Assembly (NCBI GenBank): GCA_037135275.1
Contig: JBAXKQ010000003.1
Span: forward strand, 1-58,443
DNA length: 58,443 nt
DNA from: a bacterium
GTDB lineage: Bacteria; Verrucomicrobiota; Kiritimatiellia; SPBP01
Reading direction: 5' to 3'
Position numbers and translations under genes: made by a program. Of the stretch, positions 1-9,791 are shown in pieces. Below the pieces are notes generated by a model. The model did no database searches. It worked only from the letters and a program-made list of their open reading frames with translations, and was not told where the DNA came from. Numbering within the stretch: the first letter of the stretch is position 1; each line of letters begins with the position of its first letter.

Positions 1-122
1 TTCCCGCACAATACTCGCCATAACTACCCGCGAGTCGGGTACAGTGACGATGGGTGGAGATGGAGGAGCGGAGTTTGCCTTTAGCTTCCGCTCGCCACCA
101 GCAACAAAAGGGAGAGTTCGGT

Positions 123-2855
123 ATGCAGTTTTCATGCCTATTATCGGTGATCGCGCCAGTCATCGGCGCTCTGGTGTTCTCGACAGTCTCCATGCAGGCT
201 GCCTCCACAGATCTCGGGGTTCGCGTTACTATTGGATCTGGCAGCGACCCTGATGTCGCCATAGACTCGTCTGGCAATCTCCATATCGTCTACGAGTCCG
301 GTGGCAGTACCTACTACAAGAAGATATCTTATCCGGCCGGCGCGACATTGGCTGGCCCTATTCTTGTCGGCGCCGCAACAGACCCACAGGTGGCCTTGGA
401 CAGCGGAGACAATCCACACGTCATTCTTGGGGCCGCTTACTATAGCCGATGGACAGGAAACGGGTTCAGTGCCCCGGTTCAAGCTCTGGCCGGCGCCAAC
501 AGATCCCGCATGTGCATCGACTCTCTGGATCGCGTCTACATAATCACGACGGATCGCATCTCACAAACAGACCGGATCAAACTCAGGGTATTCCAGAATG
601 GAGTACCGATTGCGGGTCCCACCGTTGTCGGCGACGACTCGGCCGGAAGCTTGGATTGTGACTCCAAGGACATCATCCACATATCCTACCGCTATGAATA
701 TCTGCTCTGGTATTCGCAGTACAAGTATGGCTCCGGCCTCGCCATCAGAGGACAGGCCGTAAAAGGCTCGGCCAGCGACTTCTCCTGGGTGTCAATTGAC
801 CCCAGGGACGACACTGTACACATGGTCAATGCACACCAGGGTGGCACCGCTATTGATTTCGTGCACGGGACACCAGGCGCCTGGGGCTCATACTCCAGCT
901 ACGGCCAGGCAACTGTGCAAAACTGGGCGGATATTACGCAGCCAACTTGCGGAGTCGATGCTGAAGGCTATACATACGCTTCCTATACCGGCAGCGGTAA
1001 CTTGCCCTACCTGTTCGTGCTGAACCCGGACAATGCGCTGGTTGCACAGAACATGCTGGTAGACAGCACACCGACTGGGCTCAAGTACAAGAACCCCAAC
1101 ATTGGCACCCGACCGGACATGACTGGCGCCTATATTGCGTGGGGCGAAGGGACCGTGTACGTGAGGAGCATCGGGGATATTTCCCTGGCTGGTAGGACAC
1201 CGAAGGCAAAACAGTGCTACACCCCGGCGCAGGATTTCGACGGCGATGGCCAGGATGATGTTGCAGCGTACTCGCCCGACTCATGCGTCTGGACAATTCA
1301 CAACAGCCATGACTGGTCGACAACGACCATGGCCTTCGGCTCAAGGGGAGACAATCCTGTCCCCGGTAAGTACAACACCTCAGAGTATGCGGATCTGGCG
1401 CTCTTCTGCAGGACCAATGGCACATGGACCATCCATAACCGCAGGACCGGTGAAACCAATGTTGTCCAATGGGGACAGGCGGGTGACATACCCGTCCCTG
1501 CCGATTACGACAACGACGACATATATGATCTAGCGGTGTTTCGCACAAACGACGCCACTTGGCTGATCAAGTACAGTAGCGGCGGGTCGCTCACGCAAAA
1601 CTGGGGATGGAATGAAACCATTCCGGTCCCGGCCGACTACGACGGTGATGGCAAGGCTGACCTCGCCGTTTACTGGCCGGCCAACGCCATGTGGTATTTC
1701 GCCTACAGCGGCGGAGGCACTCACACCCAGAACTGGGGTTGGAGCGATACCATACCAGTCCCGGCCGACTACGATGGAGATAACAAGGCTGACCTCGCCG
1801 TTTACTGGCCCAGCGGCGGAAACTGGTACATTGTGAACAGTAGCGGCGGGACGCGTACGGTCAATTGGGGCTGGAGCGAAGTTCTGCCCGTTCCAGGAAA
1901 GTATGATTCCGACAACAAGGCCGATCTGGCGGTCCACCACAGCGCCTCTGCCGTGTGGTATGTCCTGAAAAGCACCGACGGCCGGATACTGGGTACCCCG
2001 CCAATCAAGTTCGGTACTGCAGGAGACCGCATGGTGAGTGCCGACTATAACGGCGACACAAATGCCGAAGTAGCCGTGTACAGGCCCGCCAGCGGCACGT
2101 GGCATATCAGATCGTCCTCCGGTACTGCCTCAGCCATCAACTGGGGCTGGAGCGAGGCAAATCCCGTCCCGGCAGACTATGATGGCGACAAGAAAACTGA
2201 TCCAGCAGTCTACTGGCCTCTTCATGGAACATGGTACATGAGGTACAGCAGCATGGCGGCAGCAAGTGCCAATTGGGGATGGAGCACGGCAAACCCTGTT
2301 CCCGCAGACTATGACGGAGACGGCAAGTCTGACCTCGCTGTGTACTGGCCCGCCGGCGGCATGTGGCATATCACCTACTCAGGAGGGGGTTCGTTTTCAG
2401 GAGGCTGGGGCTGGAATGAAACCATTCCGGTCCCTGCTGACTACGACGGCGATGGCAAGGCCGACCGCGCAGTCTACTGGCCAGCCGGCGGAATGTGGTA
2501 TATCGTCTACGCCAGTGGCGGGACGGCGACATTCAACTGGGGCTGGAAAGAAACCATTCCGGTTCCGGCCGACTACGACGGTGATGGCAAGACTGATCGC
2601 GCAGTCTACTGGCCAGCGGGCGGAATGTGGCACATCGTCTATTCCGGGGGCGGTACGGCCGCAATCAACTGGGGCTGGAGCGGAGCAACACCTGTACCAG
2701 CTGACTACGACGGTGATGGCAAGGCTGATTTGTGCGTGGCTGCCGGCGGCAGTTGGTGGATATTCGGTAGCTTGAAGAAGAAACCGATGGAGGACATTGG
2801 TCCATTCACCTTTGGCGCGTCCGGAGACATACCTGTGGGCAGACAGCAGAAGTAG
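123..2855 (+). CDS. Secreted protein: N-terminal beta-propeller-like repeats plus 12 C-terminal FG-GAP/VCBS repeats
   Basis: ATG at 123 follows GGAGAG. Signal-peptide-like N-terminus (MQFSCLLSVIAPVIGALVFSTVSMQA). Repeats of P-x-VAxDxxGxxHIxY type, then 12 repeats of NWGWxxxxPVPADYDGDGKADxAVYWP type. Confidence 0.85.
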   Translation: MQFSCLLSVIAPVIGALVFSTVSMQAASTDLGVRVTIGSGSDPDVAIDSSGNLHIVYESGGSTYYKKISYPAGATLAGPILVGAATDPQVALDSGDNPHVILGAAYYSRWTGNGFSAPVQALAGANRSRMCIDSLDRVYIITTDRISQTDRIKLRVFQNGVPIAGPTVVGDDSAGSLDCDSKDIIHISYRYEYLLWYSQYKYGSGLAIRGQAVKGSASDFSWVSIDPRDDTVHMVNAHQGGTAIDFVHGTPGAWGSYSSYGQATVQNWADITQPTCGVDAEGYTYASYTGSGNLPYLFVLNPDNALVAQNMLVDSTPTGLKYKNPNIGTRPDMTGAYIAWGEGTVYVRSIGDISLAGRTPKAKQCYTPAQDFDGDGQDDVAAYSPDSCVWTIHNSHDWSTTTMAFGSRGDNPVPGKYNTSEYADLALFCRTNGTWTIHNRRTGETNVVQWGQAGDIPVPADYDNDDIYDLAVFRTNDATWLIKYSSGGSLTQNWGWNETIPVPADYDGDGKADLAVYWPANAMWYFAYSGGGTHTQNWGWSDTIPVPADYDGDNKADLAVYWPSGGNWYIVNSSGGTRTVNWGWSEVLPVPGKYDSDNKADLAVHHSASAVWYVLKSTDGRILGTPPIKFGTAGDRMVSADYNGDTNAEVAVYRPASGTWHIRSSSGTASAINWGWSEANPVPADYDGDKKTDPAVYWPLHGTWYMRYSSMAAASANWGWSTANPVPADYDGDGKSDLAVYWPAGGMWHITYSGGGSFSGGWGWNETIPVPADYDGDGKADRAVYWPAGGMWYIVYASGGTATFNWGWKETIPVPADYDGDGKTDRAVYWPAGGMWHIVYSGGGTAAINWGWSGATPVPADYDGDGKADLCVAAGGSWWIFGSLKKKPMEDIGPFTFGASGDIPVGRQQK
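1233..2850 (+). repeat. 12 tandem ~44-aa FG-GAP/VCBS-type coding repeats (2 x 6)
   Basis: DxDGD-like motifs counted in the translation. Several copies are also similar at DNA level, e.g. ~1600-1680 vs ~2405-2480 vs ~2537-2612. Confidence 0.85.
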
Positions 2856-2874
2856 CCTGCACGTTCCCACTCGT

Positions 2875-2908
2875 CAGGCCCCCTGTGCGTCACCGCGCAG
2901 GGGGTCTG
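2875..2908. terminator. 15-bp GC-rich hairpin between convergent genes
   Basis: caggccccctgtgcg-tcac-cgcgcagggggtctg (2 G-U pairs), about 20 nt after the stop at 2855. No poly-U tail. Confidence 0.5.
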
Positions 2909-2995
2909 CGGTGTGTTCCATGGCTGTTGCACGCACAACGGATACCCATTCAGCCGGGGGCTATTCCTGAAAACAGTTCACTGCTGATGCCTGCC

Positions 2996-3949
2996 TCAAC
3001 CACTCCTCCTGCGCCCCGCCCACCACCGCGCAACCACATCACGTAGATGGCACACAAGCAAGAATGGGGCCAGGATAGCCCGGACTCTCCGCATGTCAGA
3101 TTCCATCGCCTTGCAACGGCTCGTGACATCCGCCGCAACCCGTTGAAAATCAACCAGAGACTCGACAAACCGCTGATGGTACCCTGCAACCAGCCGCTCA
3201 TATTCAAGGGTTGTCAGTTCGCGGCTAATCAAGAGATCCGGCCAGCACGAAGAGTACAGCGTCTTATGCTTCTCGATTAGTTGCGTAACAAGTTTCTGGC
3301 GCACAGCCGGCTCGTTGCATGCACTAACCATTGAATTGGACCGCACGCGATAATCGAAAAGAACCTCCTGGATACGATGAAACCTCCACCCGTGCTCGAT
3401 AGCTCCGAGCCAGAAATCCCAATCCTCGTAGCCCTCCCTGAACCTGCTCTCATCATATCCGTTGTTGTCAACCCACACCCTCTTACGGAATGCCGAGCAT
3501 GACTCCACACAGTTGCAAAGGAGCATCTTCTGCCTGTCAAAGGGAGGGAATTCCCATGCTCCAGTCCGAATTCCAAAACGCTCTGCCCACGCATAGACCA
3601 CACCGATAGAAGGATCATCGGTCATGACCTGTACGGCTCTGGTCAGGTACTGAGGTCTGATTCTATTGTCAGCATCCAGCGGTAATATGCACTCCCCCCT
3701 CGCCTGCGCGATACCAGTGTTTCTGGCAGCGCTGACCCCCTTGTTGGACTGCCGGATGAAGCGTACACGATCGTCACCTGAATAGAGTTTCTCGAGTCGC
3801 GCAACCGTCTTGACCGTTTCCGGGTCAGTAGAGCCATCATCCACCACAATCACCTCAAAGTCGGAGCAAGTGGATTTCATGGCACTTTCCAAACACTCCT
3901 CAAGATAGGCCCCGAGGTTGTAGCACGTGACAATTACTGATACTTTCAT
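2996..3949 (-). CDS. Glycosyltransferase family 2 with helical C-terminal extension
   Basis: VSVIVTCYN...VVDDGSTD, ARNTG, LDAD, YEDWDFW motifs. ATG at 3949 overlaps the upstream gene's stop (ATGA). Confidence 0.9.
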   Translation of the reverse strand: MKVSVIVTCYNLGAYLEECLESAMKSTCSDFEVIVVDDGSTDPETVKTVARLEKLYSGDDRVRFIRQSNKGVSAARNTGIAQARGECILPLDADNRIRPQYLTRAVQVMTDDPSIGVVYAWAERFGIRTGAWEFPPFDRQKMLLCNCVESCSAFRKRVWVDNNGYDESRFREGYEDWDFWLGAIEHGWRFHRIQEVLFDYRVRSNSMVSACNEPAVRQKLVTQLIEKHKTLYSSCWPDLLISRELTTLEYERLVAGYHQRFVESLVDFQRVAADVTSRCKAMESDMRRVRAILAPFLLVCHLRDVVARWWAGRRRSG

Positions 3950-5013
3950 GAGTTTCCCCCACCCCATACCCTGCCGCTGTTTGCCACGGTCTCGACTGCT
4001 TCCGCCCACTGCGTCGCACAGGCAGACAACACCCTGTTAGCGCGCACCCATTTGCCTGCGGCTGTTCCCATGTTACTCCGCAGGCCTGTGTCATTGACCA
4101 CAACACCCAAAGCCGCCCTCCAAGCCTCTACACTGTTCTTGACGAGCCATCCGGTGACCCCGTGCTGGACAGTATGTCTATATGCCTCAACATTGCTAAA
4201 GAGGCCTGGAATGCCGCATGAACCGTAATCCAGAAACTTGATATCGGATTTGCACCGCGTAAAAGGAGTATCCACCAGAGGCGCCAATCCAAGATCCCAC
4301 CGGATCGTCGACCCAAACCACCGCATGAAGTCCGGGTACTCGTGATGGCCTTGGGTATCGAGCGACGTGACAGAAAGCGGCCTGAGACCTTGCAGAATCG
4401 CGGCATCGGAAATGCCGCCAACAAGCTGAAGTTCAATCTTGTCGGCATGGGAACGCAAGGCTTCAAGTATCATGAACAGGTCGTCGTCATGCGTGAATGT
4501 GCCCATGTATCCGACAACCAGGCGCCCGCGGCCCGTTGCGGTCTGAGCCCCGCATCCTGTAAACAGCCGCTCGTCCAGGGCATTTGGCAGAATGCATATC
4601 GACTTATTGAGTTGTCGCATACGCTCGGCCAATGCGTTTGTGGAAACGATAACGCCATCAGCCTCCCGCGCGAGCAGACGAACCACTGTCAGCTGGTCAA
4701 GCGTGAACGGAGCGCCAAACCCCCCGGCGAGATCGAGGTCCAGAAGGTTGTCATCTATGCTGTAGAGGAGACGGGACCCGGCCTTACGGATCCTGCAGAC
4801 CAACTCCTCGGCATCATGAAGGGTGACGTCGTATTTCCACGTTCGATCAACAATCACTACATCCGCTGGCTTCAATTCCTCTCCGGCGGTGACCTCGACG
4901 CGTCCGGCTATTGCCGGATGCCGAAGCGGGTTGAGGAGGCGGATGTACGCCGACCCGTGGGGCCGATGATCGACGCCGTACTCATACATCACATGAACTC
5001 TTATCACGCTCAA
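3946..5013 (-). CDS. Glycosyltransferase, GT-B fold (GT4-like)
   Basis: YSIDDNL, VSTNAL, GYMGTFTH, LAPLVDTPFTRCKSDIKFLDY motifs. TTG start overlaps the upstream stop. Confidence 0.85.
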   Translation of the reverse strand: MSVIRVHVMYEYGVDHRPHGSAYIRLLNPLRHPAIAGRVEVTAGEELKPADVVIVDRTWKYDVTLHDAEELVCRIRKAGSRLLYSIDDNLLDLDLAGGFGAPFTLDQLTVVRLLAREADGVIVSTNALAERMRQLNKSICILPNALDERLFTGCGAQTATGRGRLVVGYMGTFTHDDDLFMILEALRSHADKIELQLVGGISDAAILQGLRPLSVTSLDTQGHHEYPDFMRWFGSTIRWDLGLAPLVDTPFTRCKSDIKFLDYGSCGIPGLFSNVEAYRHTVQHGVTGWLVKNSVEAWRAALGVVVNDTGLRSNMGTAAGKWVRANRVLSACATQWAEAVETVANSGRVWGGGNS

Positions 5014-7220
5014 TGCCTCTCTTCGGTGGCAACATCCCCGAATAGCGCCCCCAGAATGCGAAGTGCAACGCTTTCGGGATGGTGTTTACATATATCTGCC
5101 AAGGCTTTGGCACGCAGAGCCTGCAACTTCCCGGGATCGTTCACCAGTTCCTTGACAGCATCATGGCAATGCGACTCCGAAGCTGTGTCAACCATCCATG
5201 CGTTCTCGCCATGTTTCGCGAAAGAACTGGCACCACCCGTTTGTGGTAGAATGACTGCAGCACCGGAAGCCATAGCCTCCATAGCCGTCATCCCCATCGC
5301 CTGGTATGCGGACAAATCCACAAAGAGATCCGTGCGTGAAAGCGCGTCGGCCAGGTCAGTCCTCGTGATTACGCCAAGATTGTTGTACGGGAACGACCCC
5401 TTGAACCTTTTGCACAGTGGAGTATCTCTCTCACAACCGAAGAGTGTCACCTCCACCCTTTGCCCGTAGAGTTTCGACACCGCTTGCAGGACCCGCATTG
5501 TCAACTCGGGGCTACGCCGCGAGGTCTCGGGCCGGATCATGGCCGATATCGCCAATGCACCCGACGCCTTGCGTTGCTGGCGGGGATAGAAGGCGTCAAG
5601 ATCGACGCTCGGCCCAACCACTGCGCAATCCTGTCCGGTCTGTTCAAGAACCACTCGCCTGTTCCACTCCGTCTTGGTCAAGCGCACCATGCCAGGAATC
5701 CTTGAATAGGAAGCCACAGCCTCGTCGAACTGGGTCGATCCAGCCTCAAAGAACCATGGCTCATAGTCTTGAATGTAGTAGCCCCTGACTACATCCGGTG
5801 AGCCAATGCGCTCTGGCGCAATCCAGTCGACCGAGGAATACAGCGTCGCCACCACAGCATCAAACCCGGGCACCAGTCGTGCAAGGTCATCAAGACCGTG
5901 CCCATAGAGTATCGGGACTGTGATTTCCGGATACGCCCTCTGGAATCCCTCCTTGTTCATCGAGAGATTGAACAACCTGACATCCACGCCCATGCGCTGC
6001 AAGGCACGAGCCTCCTGGACAATAACATGGGAGCCACCTCCCGGCCGTGACGTAGGGAGCACGAACAGGATCCTGCGCCCCTCGTACTTCCTCATCCCCT
6101 CGCGCACACATTCTGACCTCTCCCACAGTGCGCCCGCGCGGGCCCGGATGGAAAGGATCGACAGATCAGAGTTATAGAATCCGGTCCCTGCTTCAAACAC
6201 GGCCTCACCATGAAGCGACACCAGCTTCTCCTGTGCCCTGGAGGAAAGCTGCTTCCTGCGCTCATGTGAGTAACTCCGCGACTGCCTGTGCCAGACATAC
6301 GCGTCGTCTGCGATTGCCAGCATCCAGCCGGCCTTGCGCGCCCTGACCGCGTAATCATTCTCCTCCCCATACCCGGCCCCGAAATTCTCTTCATCAAACA
6401 CACCAATGTTATCCAGGACCTCCCTCTTAACCAGGAGACAGAAGCCGTTCAGGAACGGCACTCGCGGATACACCCCGGCCGCACTCTTCCCTATCAGGAC
6501 GGCCATGGTTCTCAGATCGCATGTCCCCGGAAGATCATTCTCCTTCCAATCCCCGGCAGCATCGAACACTTGCGGTACCGACTGCCACGACGCCGCGTTG
6601 GAAAGCGGACCTACCATACCAATGTTCTTGCTGGAATCTGCGCAGGCAACCAGACGATCAAGCCACAGGGGCGTCACAAGTGTATCACTGTTGAGTAGAA
6701 CGACTTTCCCGGCTGTAGACGCCCGCAAACCGGCATTCGCCGCGCAGGTATAGCCGCGGGCAATGTCATGGCGCAATAGGTTTGCCCCCTGTTCACGCGA
6801 CCATGCAGCCAGAAACTCACTGGTCTCCGGCCCGCTGCCGTCGTCGACGATGATAAGGCCGTATGGCGGCCGAGTGTGCCGCACAACCGAGGATAGGCAG
6901 TTCCGGACATCTTCCAGTGCATCATGAACACAAACGACGATGTCCACGCGCTCGGTATGCGGCCCGATGCGGTGATTGTGTGTCCTTATGGATCGAGACA
7001 CGAACAAGTTGTCGGGCACGCGTGAATACGGCCTGTACAGCGGGCGTATCCTCCTGCCCCAGGCGGAGACAACCGAACGAGCGAACCCCCTGTTTTCCCA
7101 GGTCTGCACAAAGCGGTCAAACGCAAGCCACACATGGCCGCGTAGTGTGTTCTTGGGACATACCGGTTTTGATAGACGACGAAAGGCTCTAACTACTGAT
7201 AGCAACATAGGAAACACCAC
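5010..7220 (-). CDS. Bifunctional GT2 + GT4 glycosyltransferase (C-terminal domain WsaF-like)
   Basis: N-terminal half: VDIVVCVH...IVDDGS, LLNSD, GYGEENDY. C-terminal half: PGGGSHVI, YYIQDYEPWFF, MGMTAMEAMASG. Exact start uncertain. Confidence 0.85.
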   Translation of the reverse strand: MVFPMLLSVVRAFRRLSKPVCPKNTLRGHVWLAFDRFVQTWENRGFARSVVSAWGRRIRPLYRPYSRVPDNLFVSRSIRTHNHRIGPHTERVDIVVCVHDALEDVRNCLSSVVRHTRPPYGLIIVDDGSGPETSEFLAAWSREQGANLLRHDIARGYTCAANAGLRASTAGKVVLLNSDTLVTPLWLDRLVACADSSKNIGMVGPLSNAASWQSVPQVFDAAGDWKENDLPGTCDLRTMAVLIGKSAAGVYPRVPFLNGFCLLVKREVLDNIGVFDEENFGAGYGEENDYAVRARKAGWMLAIADDAYVWHRQSRSYSHERRKQLSSRAQEKLVSLHGEAVFEAGTGFYNSDLSILSIRARAGALWERSECVREGMRKYEGRRILFVLPTSRPGGGSHVIVQEARALQRMGVDVRLFNLSMNKEGFQRAYPEITVPILYGHGLDDLARLVPGFDAVVATLYSSVDWIAPERIGSPDVVRGYYIQDYEPWFFEAGSTQFDEAVASYSRIPGMVRLTKTEWNRRVVLEQTGQDCAVVGPSVDLDAFYPRQQRKASGALAISAMIRPETSRRSPELTMRVLQAVSKLYGQRVEVTLFGCERDTPLCKRFKGSFPYNNLGVITRTDLADALSRTDLFVDLSAYQAMGMTAMEAMASGAAVILPQTGGASSFAKHGENAWMVDTASESHCHDAVKELVNDPGKLQALRAKALADICKHHPESVALRILGALFGDVATEERH

Positions 7221-7265
7221 GCTTGCGCTGACTTCCGCGACGGACAGCTCTATCGCCCAAACTGA

Positions 7266-8297
7266 TCATGCCTTTTCAGGATACTTGCTCTCATTGTCCA
7301 GGATCTTCCCCAGATCCGAGGGCCAATTGAAGTCATCCATCAGCCCGTCCGACGTCTTCCGGCAAAGGATACTTGAGCTGGCATAGGCGGCGGCGTGAGG
7401 GAAGCCCTCGTGGCCAGGACGCAGCTCACTGAAGTGCATGCTCACGGGATCAAACATGCCGGCTCCAAGGACTTCATAGCCCAGGGCGGGCGAAAACAGC
7501 ACCTTCAATCCCTCGTCCGACATCCGCCAGAAATCCCATGGGCGCTCATGCGCCGGCCACGAGAACAACGTTCCATGATACGTTATGCCTTTTGGACGCA
7601 GTATCTTGCTGATCTCGCGTGCCACGACCCACGGCATGGCCAGGTGCTCAAATACGGCAACCGAGAACACGGCGTCAAAACGCCTGTCGCCTACCAGCTC
7701 CGAAAGCCTGTGAGCGTCACCAACCAGATCGGTATTCGCATCAGGATAGTAGTCAAACCCCGTATAGGATGCGGCATTGGGAAACAGACTGCGCTTGCTC
7801 GCACTTCCAGGCGAGACGATACGCGATCCGATCTCCAGGACGTTCAGCCTCTTCTCGTTGACCTCTGAAATGAATCGCTCGAACAAAGGCTGTCCATCGG
7901 GCACGTTCAGAACTTCCCTGCACTGCGGCGGGGCACACTTCACGTCACAACTGGTCCACCTGCCATCGCGCTTGACCCTGAACCGGAGGCGCACGGGTTC
8001 GCCGTGGTGTAATTGCACACTGAAACCTCTTCCGGCATCAATATCAGGGAAAGTGACAGACAAGTCACTCCGGGGTTCCAGCCTGTCAACCGGAACCCAT
8101 CGGCCTGACGCTCTCATCTCCAACCCGTCTATGCGGCCTTTCCTTGATACAATCCAACCCTGCACACACCTGTTTGCCGCGTCGGTCCAATAGCGGTCAA
8201 TGCATATGGTTACTCGCTTCCAGTCAAAACACTTGTGCACAAAGCGCAGGACTCCGCCGATGACCTGCTTGACTATCGAAATTCCCTCGTCTGCCAT
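7266..8297 (-). CDS. Class I SAM-dependent methyltransferase with N-terminal beta domain
   Basis: VLEIGSR, YTGFD, DLVGDAH, SVAVFEHL, LRPKG, PWDFWR motifs. Start could lie further upstream (up to 8363). Confidence 0.85.
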   Translation of the reverse strand: MADEGISIVKQVIGGVLRFVHKCFDWKRVTICIDRYWTDAANRCVQGWIVSRKGRIDGLEMRASGRWVPVDRLEPRSDLSVTFPDIDAGRGFSVQLHHGEPVRLRFRVKRDGRWTSCDVKCAPPQCREVLNVPDGQPLFERFISEVNEKRLNVLEIGSRIVSPGSASKRSLFPNAASYTGFDYYPDANTDLVGDAHRLSELVGDRRFDAVFSVAVFEHLAMPWVVAREISKILRPKGITYHGTLFSWPAHERPWDFWRMSDEGLKVLFSPALGYEVLGAGMFDPVSMHFSELRPGHEGFPHAAAYASSSILCRKTSDGLMDDFNWPSDLGKILDNESKYPEKA

Positions 8298-8515
8298 TTT
8301 GAGTACTCTTTGTCCCGGAAGCGAAAGGCACATCCGCTCATCCGCTCTGTCTTGTCGCCCCACAGGCTACACCGTATAGCCCGCTATTCACGAGCAACTG
8401 CACCGCAAACGATCAGGCGCAGAAGCGTACACGACCCCAAACACGTCCGCAATCTGTTTTCAATGGCCGCAGGTTGGGTCAATGCGCCGCGCCGCCATGA
8501 CTCCAGATCACACTC

Positions 8516-9541
8516 CTATCTTGTCTGGAGCGTCGCCACGAGCCTGCACGCGTCACTCATGTCGCTGGCCAGATGAACCCGCGGAACAACATGTGTCCAC
8601 GTATCATAGTAGTTCCGGACCTTGCCATTGCATGTGTCAATTATCACCTGTTGGCGATCGGAAAACAGACACAGGATATGGGCATGCAAGCGGTTGGTAA
8701 CCAACACATGACCGCGGCTGATAAAGTCGACACCTCGCTGGGCCCTCAGGAACGCCAGACGCTCATACCCGCCCCAGCAAATGCGCACAAGAGTCCTGGC
8801 GAAGTTGGCGTGTCTGCCATACATATTCCGGATCTTGCCATCCAGCCGCAGGAACAGCCTGTACTTGATGTGCCATTTCGCAATCTCAACACCGGGAAAC
8901 CGCCAATCCTCATGCCGGAATGCAACCTGCCCGGGCGCGACAATCTCTCCAGGCATAGCCTCACAGTCTTGACGCAGTACTCCGAAAACACTCACCACCG
9001 GATCCTGGAAACTGAAATCGCCCGCATCAAGGGCAAACGCCATATCAGGGCAGAGAACGGCGCGGCAACCGAAGTGCCGACGTGCAAACGCCTCACTCTC
9101 CGCATCCCGCGCCAGGAAAGTGAACTGCGCAAGCCTACCAATCCTTTCCGCCATCGGCCTGATGTTGGCGGCGGACATGAACCAGATGCTTTGTGGCAGC
9201 TGGATAATGTTGCGATCTGGAAAGTCGTCGAACACCCTCTGCCTCAGCCCGGTCTCATCAGGATACACGTCGCCAAAACTACCACCCCCAAGTATGAGTA
9301 TCGGGCCATGCGGAACCGAAGCCTTCAGCCTTTCCGAGGAATAGGACAGGTGATCACAGACATACCGCACGTGGACGTTGAGCCCCGCCAGAGCCTTCCT
9401 GGTCCCGCACCAGATCGCGGAATCACCCGGATTCCAATGGTTCGGGTAGCACACAAGCGCACATGTACTTCCCTCGGCCAGCAGTGAAGCAAGGACCTCG
9501 CGAATGTGCGTACGCCAGCCACTAAGAATCGAATCGTGCAT
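8516..9541 (-). CDS. Polysaccharide pyruvyltransferase (EpsO/EpsI-like)
   Basis: PNHWNPGDSAIW, GGGSFGDVY, QLPQSI, ARD, CPDMAF, TNRLHAHI motifs. Confidence 0.9.
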   Translation of the reverse strand: MHDSILSGWRTHIREVLASLLAEGSTCALVCYPNHWNPGDSAIWCGTRKALAGLNVHVRYVCDHLSYSSERLKASVPHGPILILGGGSFGDVYPDETGLRQRVFDDFPDRNIIQLPQSIWFMSAANIRPMAERIGRLAQFTFLARDAESEAFARRHFGCRAVLCPDMAFALDAGDFSFQDPVVSVFGVLRQDCEAMPGEIVAPGQVAFRHEDWRFPGVEIAKWHIKYRLFLRLDGKIRNMYGRHANFARTLVRICWGGYERLAFLRAQRGVDFISRGHVLVTNRLHAHILCLFSDRQQVIIDTCNGKVRNYYDTWTHVVPRVHLASDMSDACRLVATLQTR

Positions 9542-9791
9542 TTGAGTCGAAGCCCATCACACTTCCGGCCATATGTAGCCAGCCCGTTCGCGTACCGCCC
9601 GGGCAGTAAAATCACACTATGGGCCTGCCAGACAGAAGGCAAGGCAATATTCAGCAATCCAGCAACGCGACGGATTAGCAAACCGGGCATTTTCCTCTTC
9701 CAACTGTCGCCAAAACCAAGTATCTCAGTCGCATGAGAGATGGCCATCAAGCCGCCGGACACATGGCGGTCACAGCAACACCACAACTTCT

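Noticed and set aside
26-100. Two hairpins upstream of the first gene and a minus-strand AAAGGCAAAC resembling the start of a c-di-GMP-I riboswitch
   Set aside because: No GAAA tetraloop stem or GACGCAAA segment follows, and the context is cut by the window edge.
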